DNA of 64,000 bases, taken from Pelagomonas calceolata (taxonomy: Eukaryota). How positions within the stretch are numbered: the first letter of the stretch is position 1; every line of letters begins with the position of its first letter. Below the pieces are notes generated by a model. It had not been told where the DNA came from, made no database searches, and saw nothing but the letters and a program-made list of their open reading frames with translations. Shown one piece after another: positions 44,876 to 56,308 of this stretch. The translations under genes were made by a program, and so were the position numbers. The stretch is from contig CAKKNE010000003.1 of the NCBI GenBank assembly GCA_918797485.1, positions 2,542,001-2,606,000 of the forward strand. The letters run 5' to 3'.

Positions 44876-47060
44876 CTAGGCCAGCTCCGCGACCTCCTCG
44901 TCCGACAGGTCCGCCTGCGCGTTGAGCACTAATTTGGCTTCGCCCGGCGCGAGCCCTCTATTATATTCTTCGATGTATTTTGAGCGTTCCTTCCACCGCG
45001 CAAAATGAGAATCATACTCCTCCTGGGTCCCATAAAATTTGTCGAACTTGATGCAGTATTTCAGGAACTGACTCGCGTCGTAGGGGCCCGGGGCCGCGAC
45101 CGGTCGTTTGGCCATCCTAGCTCGTTCGTCGGCCTCGCGCCGCGCTTGAGCAGCTTTCTCGTCCCGTAATCTTTGCGCCTCGCGCTGCTCGGCCTGGCGG
45201 CGCTTCTCGTCGGCCAATTTCTGCTCGTTGCGTTTCTTTTCGTCGGCTAGACCTGTGTGGAAATCCAAATTTCACGGCGCGTTCGTGCTGAATCGCCACG
45301 TCGACCTCCACGCCATCGACGCGACGTTTGCTCGATGGCGTGGCGGTGCTAGTTCCTCACCGCTCGACCGAGCCAGGACGGCCGCGCCATCGCCGAGAGA
45401 CGACTTCGTGAAGAATTGTCGGGTGCACCCGACGCACTGGTTGATTTCCACACAGGGCTAGACGCTTCTCCTCCCTCATCCTTGCATCAGCAGCTTTTTT
45501 CTCGTCGCGCGCCCGCGCCTCGGCCGCCCTTTTATCGTCGCGCGCGCGTTGCTCCGCGTCGCGTTTCGCGTCCGCGGCGCGCCTTTCGGACGCGCGTTGC
45601 GCGTCGCGGCGCTCGGCCTCGCGCTTCTCCGCGTCGCGCTTCCGCTCCCGTTCCCGCTGTTCCGCAGCGCGTGCTTCGTCCCGCGCCTTCGCCTCCGCTT
45701 TCCGTTTCCTCTCCTCGGCCTCGCGCGCCGCCTTACGAGCTTTCTCCGATTTGTCAGCGTCGGCCTTCTTGCGGAGCCGCTCGGCCTCCTCGGCAGCTTT
45801 CCGAGCGTCCGCCGCGGCAGAGCCGGAGGCCTTGCCTCCGTCCCTAGCGGTGCCGCCCGCGATCAAGACCAGAGGAACGACAACTAACGCCGCAATGTCC
45901 AAGACGTCGTCCGACACGGTCGGAAAGGCGTCGTGGTACGCGTCAATAACCCCGGAGAAATCGGGCGCCTCGAAGTCGAGCGACGCCGCGTTCTCGCCCG
46001 CTTCCCGCGCGGACGCCGCAGCTCTTTCGGCAGCCGCCGCCAATCCAGTAGCCTTGGCGCCTGCGACCGCCTTCTTGGCCCCGAAGGCCTTCTTCGCGCC
46101 GCCGGCTTTCGCCGTCGATGCACCGAGACCCTCCTTGAATTTCAGGAGAGGGTTGTCGAAGGACGGGGCCTTCGCTGCCGACAGCTTCTTGTCCACGTTC
46201 GCGGACAGCTTCTGCAGCGCTTTAGTATCTACGGACTTGGCCGCTTTTTCAGCATTTTGAGCGGCCTTCTTCGCGACGGCGTCGAGGTCAACACTACTAA
46301 GCTTTTTGGCGGCATTGGCCGACGCCTTCTGCACCGCGCGATCGATGCCGCTCGTGTCCACGGAAGAGAGCTTCTTGCCGGCATTGGCGAAGGAAGCTTG
46401 GATGGCTTTGCTGTCCACATCAACAGCCAAATTCTTGCCGAGCTGCTTCATGCCCGCGTCGAGGTTTGTGGTCAGCGTCTTCGCGTCCACCGACGCCGAG
46501 ATCTTCTTCCCCGCGTCGGCGAAGCCCCGGTTGATGCCCGACGCGTCGATCGATGAGAGTTTTTTCCCGAGGTCGGGCGCCTCGAATTTGGTGATGGTGG
46601 CGCCGTCTCTGGCGGCCTTGGACGCGGCCTCCGCCGCTCTTTGAGCGGCCTTGTCGAAGGCCGACGTGTCCACTTTCACGGAAGACAGCGCGTCGGCGCT
46701 CCTTTTGATCGCTTGCGCGGTGGCGTCCGCCGCGCCGTCCCCCGCTTTCAACGCGTTCTTCACGGCGTCGGAATCGACCACTTTTAAAGCGGATTGCGCG
46801 GCTTCAAAGGTGGCTTTGCTAGAGGCGGCGACGGCGTCGCTCGTTTGGGCGCCGAGTCTGCTCGATGAATCTAAGAAGCTACTGGAGGCCTTGGCCGCGG
46901 CGTCGGCGGCCTTGGACGAGGCCTCGTCGAGTTTTAAGCTGTCAGCGGCTTCGGAGAAGGAGAACGCGCGCCGCGCCGTCGATCTTCTCTGGATTGGCGC
47001 TCTCTGGTTTGGCGCCTGGAGAGCCGTGGCTGCCAGCGGAAGCAAGGTGAGAAGCCGCAT
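44876..47060 (-). CDS. Signal-peptide, Ala/Lys-rich repeat protein with one TM, a coiled coil and a C-terminal I29-like (cathepsin propeptide) domain, 2 exons
   Basis: MRLLTLLPLAATALQAP; KKLSSVD-type repeats; IAALVVVPLVLIAGG; FLKYCIKFDKFY..EEY..HF..W..YIEEYN..LNAQADLSDEE; intron 45253-45463. Confidence 0.7.
45253..45455. mobile_element. Introner element, same family as 1237-1422
   Basis: TIR ctgtgtggaaatc / gatttccacacag; perfect 8-bp TSD ggctagac (45245-45252, 45456-45463); body aligns end to end with 1237-1422 (acggcgcgttcgtgctgaatcg, caccgctcgaccgagccagga, gcacccgacgcactggttgatttccacacag). Confidence 0.93.
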
Positions 47061-47465
47061 GGCTACGTCACGCGACGTTTCCAACGCCTGGATCGCACCA
47101 ACAATCACCAACGAGGCCCACAGGAGCCTGAACTGCTTGGCAGCCTTATCTTTGCTTTTGCTGCTAGTATCTTCTTACGCTAGCTCGATTACTCTAGCCC
47201 TTCGTTGCATTGCTCGTTGCACACGCGTCACGCTACCGGCCTCGTCGGACGGCTCGCATAAGTCTGTGCACCAATGCAAAACAGCTCGCAATTTGGCCGG
47301 CACAGACGGCCAAAGCGGCGGCACCAGAGCAAGCGCTGCATACCTGCGAGCCGTTCGATATAGACTGGGCGCGGTGCTGTTGCAAAAGCCACCAGTAAGG
47401 GGCCAGAGAGCGCACCACCTAGGACCACAGCCAGCACTCTCAACCAGAAAGACGCGGCGCGAGAA

Positions 47466-48509
47466 ATGCTGCGCCAAACCGCACGCCTCGCCGCGCGCCG
47501 CCGCGCCACGACGACGCGCGCCATGAGCACGGAGTACGCCTTCGACGAGCCGAAGACCACCAGCAATTGGCCGCGCACGAAGGCCAACACGCTGATTAAT
47601 GTGGTACCGCAGGGCGAGGCCCACGTCGTCGAGCGGGCCCGCCAGCCTTATGATGTGAAGGGCCCGGGCTACTGGGTCGGCGTGCCCGGGTTAGATGCCA
47701 TCGCTGCGGTCGTTGACACGCGGGAACAAACCATCGTCGTGCCCGCGCCGCCCGAGTGTCTGAGCCGCGACGGCGTCGGTGTGGATGCGGCGGCGACGGC
47801 GAACGTGTGTATTGTAGATGCGGAGAAGGCGCGGCATGCGTCGGACGACCCCGCGCAAAAATTAGCCGAGTTGGCCGGCTTGCTGGTGCAAAAAGAAGTC
47901 GCTGCGCTCTCGACCGACGAATTGGCGACGAAGCGCTCAGCGGTCGAAGCGGCGGTGAAGCACCAGCTCTCCAACGATTCAGCACCGGCGTCGTGGGGCC
48001 TGGAGGTGAGGAACTTCACGCTCGCGGCGCTGACGGCGCGCAACGACGAGGAGCGGGCCCAGGCCCAGGCCGCGTTGGCGGAGAAGCAGGCCCAGGCCGC
48101 CGCTTCCGTGCAACGCGTCGAAATGGCTAGGGAAGCAGCTCGGCGCGACGCGGCCTACGCGCACGAAGCGGCGACGCGGGAAACGCGCATCCTCGCGGAC
48201 CGCGTCGTGGCCCTGGCCGAGGCCGAGGCCAAGGCCACGAAGGTCCGCGCCGCGGCCATGGCCGACGCCATTTTAGTGGTGGCGCAGGCGTGCGGGTCGG
48301 CCGAGGTCGCGGCTGATGTGGTTGCGCGGACGAGCGCCGCGGCGCTGGCGCGGCCCGTGTCGTCTATTGATAAGGCGTCACCTGCGGTGCCCGTGGCCGA
48401 GGAGGTCGAGAAGGCGCCCGCGCCGCCGCCGCCGGCCGCGCAGCCCGCGCCCGAGCATCCCGTGTCCTACTTTCCGCCGAGCGACCGGCCGGTGGCGGCA
48501 TCTGGGTAA
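47466..48509 (+). CDS. SPFH/band-7 stomatin-like protein, probably mitochondrial
   Basis: Arg-rich presequence; NTLINVVPQGEAHVVER..PG..VDTREQTI..SRDGV..WGLEV. Confidence 0.75.
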   Translation: MLRQTARLAARRRATTTRAMSTEYAFDEPKTTSNWPRTKANTLINVVPQGEAHVVERARQPYDVKGPGYWVGVPGLDAIAAVVDTREQTIVVPAPPECLSRDGVGVDAAATANVCIVDAEKARHASDDPAQKLAELAGLLVQKEVAALSTDELATKRSAVEAAVKHQLSNDSAPASWGLEVRNFTLAALTARNDEERAQAQAALAEKQAQAAASVQRVEMAREAARRDAAYAHEAATRETRILADRVVALAEAEAKATKVRAAAMADAILVVAQACGSAEVAADVVARTSAAALARPVSSIDKASPAVPVAEEVEKAPAPPPPAAQPAPEHPVSYFPPSDRPVAASG

Positions 48510-48527
48510 CATTCTTAAGCACAACTA

Positions 48528-49985
48528 CTAGAAGCGCCACGCCAGCTTCTCGTAGTGGCGGCCGAGCGAGGCCAGGGACTCCTCGTTCGGCCGGACCCAC
48601 CGCTCCCTCTCGCCCTTGCGCTTCGTCTTCCTGTCCTTCAGCGGCCGGAGCGCCTCGGCCCTTTGAGCTCGCTCGGCGGGACTGGCGCGGCAGAGCTCCG
48701 GGAAGGGGGGCTCCTCGAGGCAGAAGAGATTCCACGCCTTGCCGGCGCGATAGGTAATCGACCGCCGCTCGCCGGTCGGATTCCAATCCGGCGGCGCGGC
48801 ACGCTTCGCCGGCCACACGAGGCCGTGCGTGTAGCCGGGCTGGAGAGAATACCGCGCCCGCCCGCGGAAGATATACATCGAGCGCCGCGGTAGGGGGATG
48901 CAGATCTTCTCCTTCTCCGACGCCTTGCAGTTGCACCGGGAGTGCCCTTTGGCGCAGCGCTGCATGACGAGGATCGCATCGGCGCCGACGGACAAACCGA
49001 CGATCGCTTCTCCATAATGGCCCTGCGGGTCGAAGTGGGGCGAGAGCATGTTTTTGATCGCCGGGCGCGTCTGCTTGGGAATGTACTGGCTCCGCTTGTT
49101 CAGGTCCGGCAGCGGGAGGCCCGCCCACAGGTGGTCGCGCGCGAAGCCGATCGCCGCCCAGTCGAACCAGGCGTAGTGGCGGAAGCTATGGACGTCGCTT
49201 GACGCGCGGCCGTACCAGTTGCCATCGGCGTCCTGCTTCTTCGACGGGTTCTTCATCAGCCGCCAGTCCGTCTGCCGTCTCGCGCCTTTCTTCTGAAAGG
49301 CCATGTCGTAAGATCGCCGGTTGCACGCCTCGGTGCCTTCGAAGATCCGCGCCTCGACATCTTCGTCAAAGACGTCGTACGCGATGCTCAGACCCTCCAC
49401 GCCGCGGACGTTGTGGACGACGCGCACGCCCGTGCGCGGCTCCGTCCTCACACCGCGTGGCGCCTGCGCCATCCGTCGCGCGCGCGGCTGGCTCGGCCGC
49501 GGCGGCCGCGGCGGCGGCGTGACGCGCGGGGCCTTGGGCGCGGGCGCGCCGTCGGCGTCGCGCGACCGCCGCTTGAGCCGCTCGGCCTCGGCGAGGCGCG
49601 CCTTGGCTTGCGCGTAGCGCTCCTCGACGTCCTTGCGCTCGAACAGGTCCGCGACGCCCAGGCCCGCGTCCTTGATCGTCTGCTTCATCGTCTTCAGGCT
49701 GAGCGACGGCGTGGCGGCGGGCTGTGCACTGAACGAGTACTCGCTGCGGCGCGGCGTGGCCTCGTCGTCGTCGCTGGAGTCCGAGTCGTCCGACGAGTCG
49801 GAGCGGCAGTCGACGACGGATAAGGCTCTGGCGCTGTCCTCCGAGTCCGAGTTAGAGTCCGAGTCGTCCGATGCCGGCGGCGTTTGGTCGATCGCAATTA
49901 CCTCCGGCGGCCTGTTGCGCCGTCGCGCCGCGGGTCGCTGCGCGGGCGCGTCCTCGTCATCCGAGTCGGTCAGGCAGTGAGGCAT
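48528..49985 (-). CDS. 2OG-Fe(II) dioxygenase, AlkB-like
   Basis: LSPHFD..EAIVGLSVG, LPRRSMYIFRGRARY..THGL, RRSITYR (HxD..H..R). Confidence 0.75.
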   Translation of the reverse strand: MPHCLTDSDDEDAPAQRPAARRRNRPPEVIAIDQTPPASDDSDSNSDSEDSARALSVVDCRSDSSDDSDSSDDDEATPRRSEYSFSAQPAATPSLSLKTMKQTIKDAGLGVADLFERKDVEERYAQAKARLAEAERLKRRSRDADGAPAPKAPRVTPPPRPPRPSQPRARRMAQAPRGVRTEPRTGVRVVHNVRGVEGLSIAYDVFDEDVEARIFEGTEACNRRSYDMAFQKKGARRQTDWRLMKNPSKKQDADGNWYGRASSDVHSFRHYAWFDWAAIGFARDHLWAGLPLPDLNKRSQYIPKQTRPAIKNMLSPHFDPQGHYGEAIVGLSVGADAILVMQRCAKGHSRCNCKASEKEKICIPLPRRSMYIFRGRARYSLQPGYTHGLVWPAKRAAPPDWNPTGERRSITYRAGKAWNLFCLEEPPFPELCRASPAERAQRAEALRPLKDRKTKRKGERERWVRPNEESLASLGRHYEKLAWRF

Positions 49986-50317
49986 CCTAGACTGCAGTGC
50001 AGTGTTGTGCGCTGCAGTACGCAGCGTAGCAAAACGTGGATGCGCTGTGGCGCGCACAATAAATGCAATTGGTCAGTTTTGCTGTGGCAATGAACCGCAG
50101 CGGGAGCGTAGCGACAGTTGTAGCGCACGCGAGATCCCAGCGCTGTGAGGTCCGAGCTACTCCTGCGCCGTCTTTTATTGCACCGCTATGGCTCTCCTCG
50201 TGCGTTCGCTCCATGAAAGCGCAAAGCGCAAAGACCGATCCTAGCGTCGATAGAGCTACTAGCGACAGACCAGATTTTGATGGGCTGCCCACCTGGGCAC
50301 AGCAGCCTAGACGCCAA

Positions 50318-51754
50318 ATGAAGCGACTACTGCTCGCAGCAGCAGCAATAACAAACGCCCTCGACGTCCAGGACGTCGCCTACGCCGTCATCACCTCCTC
50401 ACCGGTCGCCAAGGACAGGCTGCCACCACTGGAGGATGCTTGGATAACCCCAGCCCGCGCCCGAGGCATCACGGTCCTCGTCGTCAGCGACGCGTGCGAC
50501 GACCGGAATTGCGTCGCCGTCGCCTGCGAGGCCAGTCAAGCGGGCGTGCCGTGCAAGTCGGGCCGCGCCTTCGTCGAGTTACGAAAAAGAGCGTCAGCTA
50601 AATGGTTCGCGCGCGTCATGGACGACACCTTTGTGGACGTCGACGCATTAACGTGGCACTTGGCAGCGTACGATAGTACGAAGCCGTACTACGTGGGCGA
50701 TATGGCGATCGCATACGCAGATCAGGAGGAGCGCTTCCGCTTCGCCTGGGGCGGCGCGGGCTGGGCCCTCTCGGAACCCGCGGCGGAATTAACGGAAAAA
50801 CACCTGGACTTCTACTTCTACTTAGTAGAGACGACGGGCTGCCCCGCTCAAACATGTAACGCAAATATGTCCTGGCCGGCGCATCATAACCATGACGGAC
50901 GAGGCTTGCGTTTGAACAACGCGTACGCGGATGATGTCGTGTTTGGCCTCTTCATGTCCGCTTTAAATATAGAAGCCGTAGGCCCAGCAGGGTTCCAGCA
51001 GACGCCGCTCGACATTCTGGGCGGCGCGCCACCGTGCTCCTCAACAGAAATGGAGGCGGCGCGCGTTCGTAAAACTACATGCGTGAGCGGCGCCACGGGC
51101 CGCGTCCACGCTCTTGGTGGGTTCTTCGACGACAACCTGGCACAAACGGCGCGCGCCGTGGCCACTTCTAGTTGTAGGGGCGCGCAACGGCCCGCCGCAA
51201 TTCATTTAGGTGAAGAGACGGGCGGGCCCCTTAATAAACTGTGGCGTGCCCAGCTCCCTCATTTGACGGAGGCGTTCCGCGGCCGCGTGCTCGCGTCGGT
51301 CCCGCGCGGCTCGCCGTTCCACTACGGCCGTTTATGTGTGGTGGAGGGCGCTCCTATCCCGCCGACGGAACTGGACGGAATGCCGGCGCCGCTGCCGCTA
51401 CCCTTCGAGAGCGGCGGCGTCGAAGACTCGGTGCGCGTGGGCGCCTGCGACGATCCCGATCACGTGGCGCGCCGCGCGTGCGGCGCGCTCGGGCGCGACG
51501 ACGACGCGTGCGTCGACCAGATGCGCGCCATGGCAATGCGCTTGCGCGACGCGCTCTGGAACCACCGCCGGCCGGCCTCCGCGGAGGTCACTTTAGGCGA
51601 CGGGTCGACGACGACCGTTGTTGTAGAGGCCGGCGAGGATCCTTCTGCTGTCGTGGCCGCGGCGTGTTCCGAGTACGACCTCTCCGGCAATGACTGCGCA
51701 GTTTTGAAAGACTGGCTCGCCGCGCGCGGGCCGCCTATTGTCTGTGATGTGTGA
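50318..51754 (+). CDS. Fringe/GT31-like glycosyltransferase
   Basis: Signal-like MKRLLLAAAAITNA; KWFARVMDDTFV, FAWGGAGWALS, ADDVVFG. Confidence 0.75.
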   Translation: MKRLLLAAAAITNALDVQDVAYAVITSSPVAKDRLPPLEDAWITPARARGITVLVVSDACDDRNCVAVACEASQAGVPCKSGRAFVELRKRASAKWFARVMDDTFVDVDALTWHLAAYDSTKPYYVGDMAIAYADQEERFRFAWGGAGWALSEPAAELTEKHLDFYFYLVETTGCPAQTCNANMSWPAHHNHDGRGLRLNNAYADDVVFGLFMSALNIEAVGPAGFQQTPLDILGGAPPCSSTEMEAARVRKTTCVSGATGRVHALGGFFDDNLAQTARAVATSSCRGAQRPAAIHLGEETGGPLNKLWRAQLPHLTEAFRGRVLASVPRGSPFHYGRLCVVEGAPIPPTELDGMPAPLPLPFESGGVEDSVRVGACDDPDHVARRACGALGRDDDACVDQMRAMAMRLRDALWNHRRPASAEVTLGDGSTTTVVVEAGEDPSAVVAAACSEYDLSGNDCAVLKDWLAARGPPIVCDV

Positions 51755-51776
51755 AACGAACGATTAAGTTACAATA

Positions 51777-53723
51777 CTATGCGAGGAGCGCCTCGAGGCG
51801 CCCGTAGTCGACGGAGCCCCAGCCCGAAACCGGGTCCCAGCCCGTTGTTGCGTAGAAGCCCTGCTCGCACTCGAGCAAGTAGGCCGTGCACGTGTTGTCG
51901 CCGTCGACGATGTCGTTGGCGAAGCTACCAGACGAGGCATATAACGTCGGGTTCACGAGGCCCACGGGCGACTTCCCGGCAGCTAATAAACCGGCGTTGA
52001 TGCGCGCGAGCATGCCCGCTACCGAAGGTGCACTGGCGGACGTCCCGCTCACGAGGTAGAGCACGTCCCCGATGACCACTTCGAAGTCCTTGCCGGCAAG
52101 CGCGACGTCCGGATAGCCCCTACCACCCTTCGAGAAGCCGCCCGCCGGTTGTGATTGCGTACCGTCCACCTGGGCGAAATAACTCGCAACAGCATCGGCC
52201 TGCCAGTAGGGTTGGGTGTAGGTGCCCGAGAAGCCGCCTCCACTGGTAACGACGCCACCGAGTACATCAGCCTGGCAGACGATCTCGTTCGGGGCTCCGG
52301 CCGTGCCCGACCAGTCGTACGCATTGGTGGCACCCACAGCTAAGACGTTCGGCGACGACGCCGGGAAACTCGGAGCGTAGCCGCACTCCGTCCCCAAACC
52401 GTTCGCGCCGTCGTCTCCACTGCTAACTACGATGGTACCACCCTTCAGGCCCAACTTAGCCGCCTCAACATCAAAAGACGCCATGATGGAAGGCACCTCT
52501 TCGGACTCGATCGATCCCCAGCTGATCGAGGCGACGTAGATCGGTTCCACGAGGTCGGCCAGGGCCATCGCAAAAGCTAGGAACGGGTCCGTCGCGACGT
52601 CCGCCAGAGTAACATAGAAATAAGTGGTCGGCCCATACGGGTTCACTGTAGTTAAATATTGCATGTCCAGGTTGCCTTCGTCACATAGGTCCGCATCCAC
52701 ATCACAAGCAATCGCTTCATCATGAGAACCAATGTTACTAATTGGTGTAGCATCAGCAGGAGGTAATCCAAAATAGCTCCGGAACTGGGCCAGGTCCGTC
52801 GGCGAGTAGTACTCGCCTTGGGTCTCGAAGACCGCTTGCCTTGCTGAGGCGGAGCCGGTCGGAGGTATGAGGATATCCGGCCCGAACGCGCCGGCGGTCT
52901 CCGCACCACTTGAAGGTATTGAATAAAAAGCAGCTAGCACGGAGGGCGTGACGTACTCCGTGACCTCCTTGTCCACGAGCTTCGTGATGCCCTTGAGCTT
53001 GGAGATGCGCGGCGCTAGATTGCCCACATTAAATACGGCGTGGACCGACGCATCGACATGCACCGGCAACCCGTAGTCACCGTCGCAGCGCGGCGCTTTC
53101 TTGCCTTCGTAGGAGTAGTCGAAGAACTCACACCCCAAAGCTTCGGTCCACGTCGCGACACTCGCGCGTGCGGTGATGTACTCTCCATTTTTTGTACGTT
53201 TGATCTCCTGGGCGCCTATTTCCGAAACCCACTTCCCTATATTCCTCACATGGTTTTGATCAATAGCTAGCTCGTTGACCGCTTCGGTCGTCAGGTACTT
53301 GCGGTAATTTTTTGAGTTGGGATCGGAGACGCTCCGTAGCTGCGCATCTAAATTTGTCTTGTGCGTCGTCGCGATAATCACGTCGTGCATCGCGCAGGGG
53401 TCCGCGGCTGCTCCGCGCGACCAGTGTTTGGGTTTGCTGTCGGCTTGCCTTCGTATCGTCGGCGGCGGTACATTACTAGATGATGCACAGGTCGCCGCTC
53501 GTAGGGCATGCGGTAATGTGGCGAAGGCCGTCGTGGGGTCGTAGGAATGCCCAGCGACCAATACTAAAATAGCGGACAGGACCGTCGCGCCTCCAACCAC
53601 AGCGCAGACGTGCCGCCGGGATCGCGGCAGCGGCTGCGACGGCGGATACCCGAAGGTCGCGTAGATCTCGCGCGTCGCCGCGACGCCCGTCAGCTCGTCG
53701 TCGCTGTGGTCGGCGTAGTCCAT
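51777..53723 (-). CDS. Tripeptidyl-peptidase I-like sedolisin (S53) with propeptide
   Basis: VSDPNSKNYRKYLT, EGNLDMQY, SSGDDG, GRGYPDVA, SGTSASAP, GWDPVSGWGS. Confidence 0.9.
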   Translation of the reverse strand: MDYADHSDDELTGVAATREIYATFGYPPSQPLPRSRRHVCAVVGGATVLSAILVLVAGHSYDPTTAFATLPHALRAATCASSSNVPPPTIRRQADSKPKHWSRGAAADPCAMHDVIIATTHKTNLDAQLRSVSDPNSKNYRKYLTTEAVNELAIDQNHVRNIGKWVSEIGAQEIKRTKNGEYITARASVATWTEALGCEFFDYSYEGKKAPRCDGDYGLPVHVDASVHAVFNVGNLAPRISKLKGITKLVDKEVTEYVTPSVLAAFYSIPSSGAETAGAFGPDILIPPTGSASARQAVFETQGEYYSPTDLAQFRSYFGLPPADATPISNIGSHDEAIACDVDADLCDEGNLDMQYLTTVNPYGPTTYFYVTLADVATDPFLAFAMALADLVEPIYVASISWGSIESEEVPSIMASFDVEAAKLGLKGGTIVVSSGDDGANGLGTECGYAPSFPASSPNVLAVGATNAYDWSGTAGAPNEIVCQADVLGGVVTSGGGFSGTYTQPYWQADAVASYFAQVDGTQSQPAGGFSKGGRGYPDVALAGKDFEVVIGDVLYLVSGTSASAPSVAGMLARINAGLLAAGKSPVGLVNPTLYASSGSFANDIVDGDNTCTAYLLECEQGFYATTGWDPVSGWGSVDYGRLEALLA

Positions 53724-54101
53724 AGCTATAGGCAGCCCTTTCTCGGCAAGCGAGGCCGCTCGCCCGGGCTCGGAGCGTGCGGCGGGGGGTCCGTGGGGGC
53801 CGTGGGCCCTTTTGATGGGCGTGGAGGCAGCCGGCTGCTGTTTGGAGGCTTTTGCGCGGAAATCTCGCGCCTGCTCGCAATGTCCAAGGCGCCGAAACGA
53901 GGCGCAGCGAGCCTCGTTGACCCTAGGCTCGCGGCAACTCTCGGACGTCTGGGCGCGCCGGACCATCGCACCCAGCCGTGTGGCAGCTGTCCTCGTGAAA
54001 GAAACGGCTTCCGGGTTTGTTTTTACGTTCGCGGATGGCTCAAGAAGACTACAGGCCACCCCCACGCCATCGTCGCGACGTCTACTAAACACAAAACCAT
54101 C

Positions 54102-56060
54102 TTACCCGAGGAGCCAGCCCGGCGAGTCGAAGTCCTCGAAGCCCGCCAGCGTATTGAGCGCGAAGACGACGAACGCGAACTTGACGAAGGCCGTGAACGC
54201 CGCCCAGGCCCCGAGCACGGGGTACGCGACGACGGCCACGAGCCAATGGGGTCTCGAGCCGCCGGCGAGGTGCTCGGCGGCCGCGTATAATAAAGGTGCG
54301 GCACTCCCGGGCACGAGGACCATCATCGCGTAGAGCTTGGCCACGGCCCTTGCTGATGCGCGGCGCGCCCTGGCGCTTTCGCCGCCCGGGAATGAGCATA
54401 AACAAGCGGCGAGCTTCGACTGCCTCAAGACCCGCCAGAGCTGGAAGACGCCCTCCGCTGCTGCTTCCACGACGACCCACTTCTCGCACGTCTCGAAGGC
54501 GCCGCGCCAGCCCCCTTTCAAGATCCATTTCATCGGGCCGTACTCGAGCACGACGCCGTCCCTGTAAGAAGTCAATGCGTTCGCACTTCTGGAGAGGGCT
54601 AGCGACGACGGCAACAAGGCGACACACAGAGCCACCCCAAAACATTTCAACAGATGCATCTGCAGCAATTTGCGCAAGCCTCTTCTAGTCCTCCTAGGTC
54701 GTCTCCGATCGTAAAAATGGCACTTCCAGACCGCAGAAACAGCCAACGACAGCGCTATCGAATCCGCGGCCCGCCTAAATAGCAATCCTAGCAACCACAG
54801 GACCGGCGTCGGCCGCCATTGTCTACAAGCGACGCCGATGCCGAAGCCGCCTACGTCCAACAACGTATGAGACAACCCAGCTATCAGAGGCAACAGAGGT
54901 AGCACCGAACAAATGACAATCCGCAAGGACCGAAACGTCAGCTGGTCGTTTTGTAGCGGTTGCGTGATGTCCCTCAATGCAGGGTCATTCGTGATGGAGG
55001 GCCAGACGTCGGCGAACTCTCCCGTCTCGAAACGGCGAACAGGATCGTCTTCTATAATACGTCGCGCTTGGAGGGATTGCCCATGATAATAAGGAGGCGG
55101 CCGCCACGCGCCTAGTTGCAATGCCAACGGAGCCATGGCCTCGTCGTCGTCGTCCGGTTCTCTCGCATGGACCTCGACGATGGGCACTAAATCTTGCGAG
55201 AGCGGTATCGGCCGGCCCCAGCCCGCGTCTTGGAGTTGATTGCTGCCCCGACCTCCCGCACTAAAAGCTAATCGTCGGCCATTCCGGAAGAAGTGCGCCG
55301 CGCCGTCGATCACGCGCACACCTAGCACGTCTCCTTCGACGACCGTATCATCAGAGGTCGCGTGGTACCTCGCTCGCGCCCCATGCGCCGCACGCGCGGC
55401 CTGATCATAGGCCGGAAACGAGTGCACGAAGCGCCCTCTTCGTAAATCCAGCAACCAGCACTCTTCCGAGCGAATAGCCTGGGCCGCGCCCCGCGTTCGG
55501 GCCCATCGTTTCGTCGCGACTCCGACGTAGATGCTACTACGGGGATCGACGGCGGCCACCTTCACTTGGAACGCCAGTCGTTCTCGCCTCGCCTCGTCCT
55601 CGGGGTTCAGTCTACGCCTTTTCAGAGCCGGCTCGACGACGCCGCTCACTCGATATCGCCCCGGCCGCTGGACCTTCATGAGAGAACCATGCTCCGAGAA
55701 CGCGGCGACGGGCACGTTATTTGAGCGTGTTGCCCTTGTCGAGCCTGGTGGTGGCGCTACTCGTAATCTTGCTCGCGAGCCTTGTCTCCTCGCGGATCTC
55801 AATCTGGGGGCATCTCTTCCTACCGCGCGAAAGGCATCAGCGTCGAAGTAAACTATTTCACTGGCTAGTCGTTCCGTCGCCGTGGCGCCGTCGAGTAACC
55901 GCCACTCTCTTTGTTTGACTTGTAATTGGGCGAAGTTTTCACTGCCGATTCGGAGCTTCGAGGACGCGCAGGATAATCTAGCCAGGTCTTCGGCTTCGAC
56001 GTGGGAGAAGATCTGGTAGAGGGCGCCTTCTGGCGTGCGGTCTAGGTACGGCCTGGCCAT
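54102..56060 (-). CDS. F-box-like plus SPRY/B30.2-like protein with C-terminal TM helices
   Basis: PEGALYQIFSHVEAEDLARLSCAS; IYVGVA..GDVLGVRV..HFFRNG; several hydrophobic segments at the C-terminus. Confidence 0.55.
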   Translation of the reverse strand: MARPYLDRTPEGALYQIFSHVEAEDLARLSCASSKLRIGSENFAQLQVKQREWRLLDGATATERLASEIVYFDADAFRAVGRDAPRLRSARRQGSRARLRVAPPPGSTRATRSNNVPVAAFSEHGSLMKVQRPGRYRVSGVVEPALKRRRLNPEDEARRERLAFQVKVAAVDPRSSIYVGVATKRWARTRGAAQAIRSEECWLLDLRRGRFVHSFPAYDQAARAAHGARARYHATSDDTVVEGDVLGVRVIDGAAHFFRNGRRLAFSAGGRGSNQLQDAGWGRPIPLSQDLVPIVEVHAREPDDDDEAMAPLALQLGAWRPPPYYHGQSLQARRIIEDDPVRRFETGEFADVWPSITNDPALRDITQPLQNDQLTFRSLRIVICSVLPLLPLIAGLSHTLLDVGGFGIGVACRQWRPTPVLWLLGLLFRRAADSIALSLAVSAVWKCHFYDRRRPRRTRRGLRKLLQMHLLKCFGVALCVALLPSSLALSRSANALTSYRDGVVLEYGPMKWILKGGWRGAFETCEKWVVVEAAAEGVFQLWRVLRQSKLAACLCSFPGGESARARRASARAVAKLYAMMVLVPGSAAPLLYAAAEHLAGGSRPHWLVAVVAYPVLGAWAAFTAFVKFAFVVFALNTLAGFEDFDSPGWLLG

Positions 56061-56308
56061 TTTTGGCTGTGGCTGTGGCTTGTTACAGCTCCTCTTTGGG
56101 GCCTCGCTCAGCCCTGATTTTCTGGTGGCGCTGTTGCCTGATCAATGCCGTGCGAGTGAGATGATCCCCGCTCTGTTTGTTACGTCTGCGGCGCCGCTTG
56201 GACAGCGCAGCTAACTTGCTCAGTGAGTGTGCTAGTGTGTTAATACGCTAGAAAATTATATTGGGTCACCCCTTTGATAGCGCGACTCATCTCACCGTGA
56301 GATAGATA

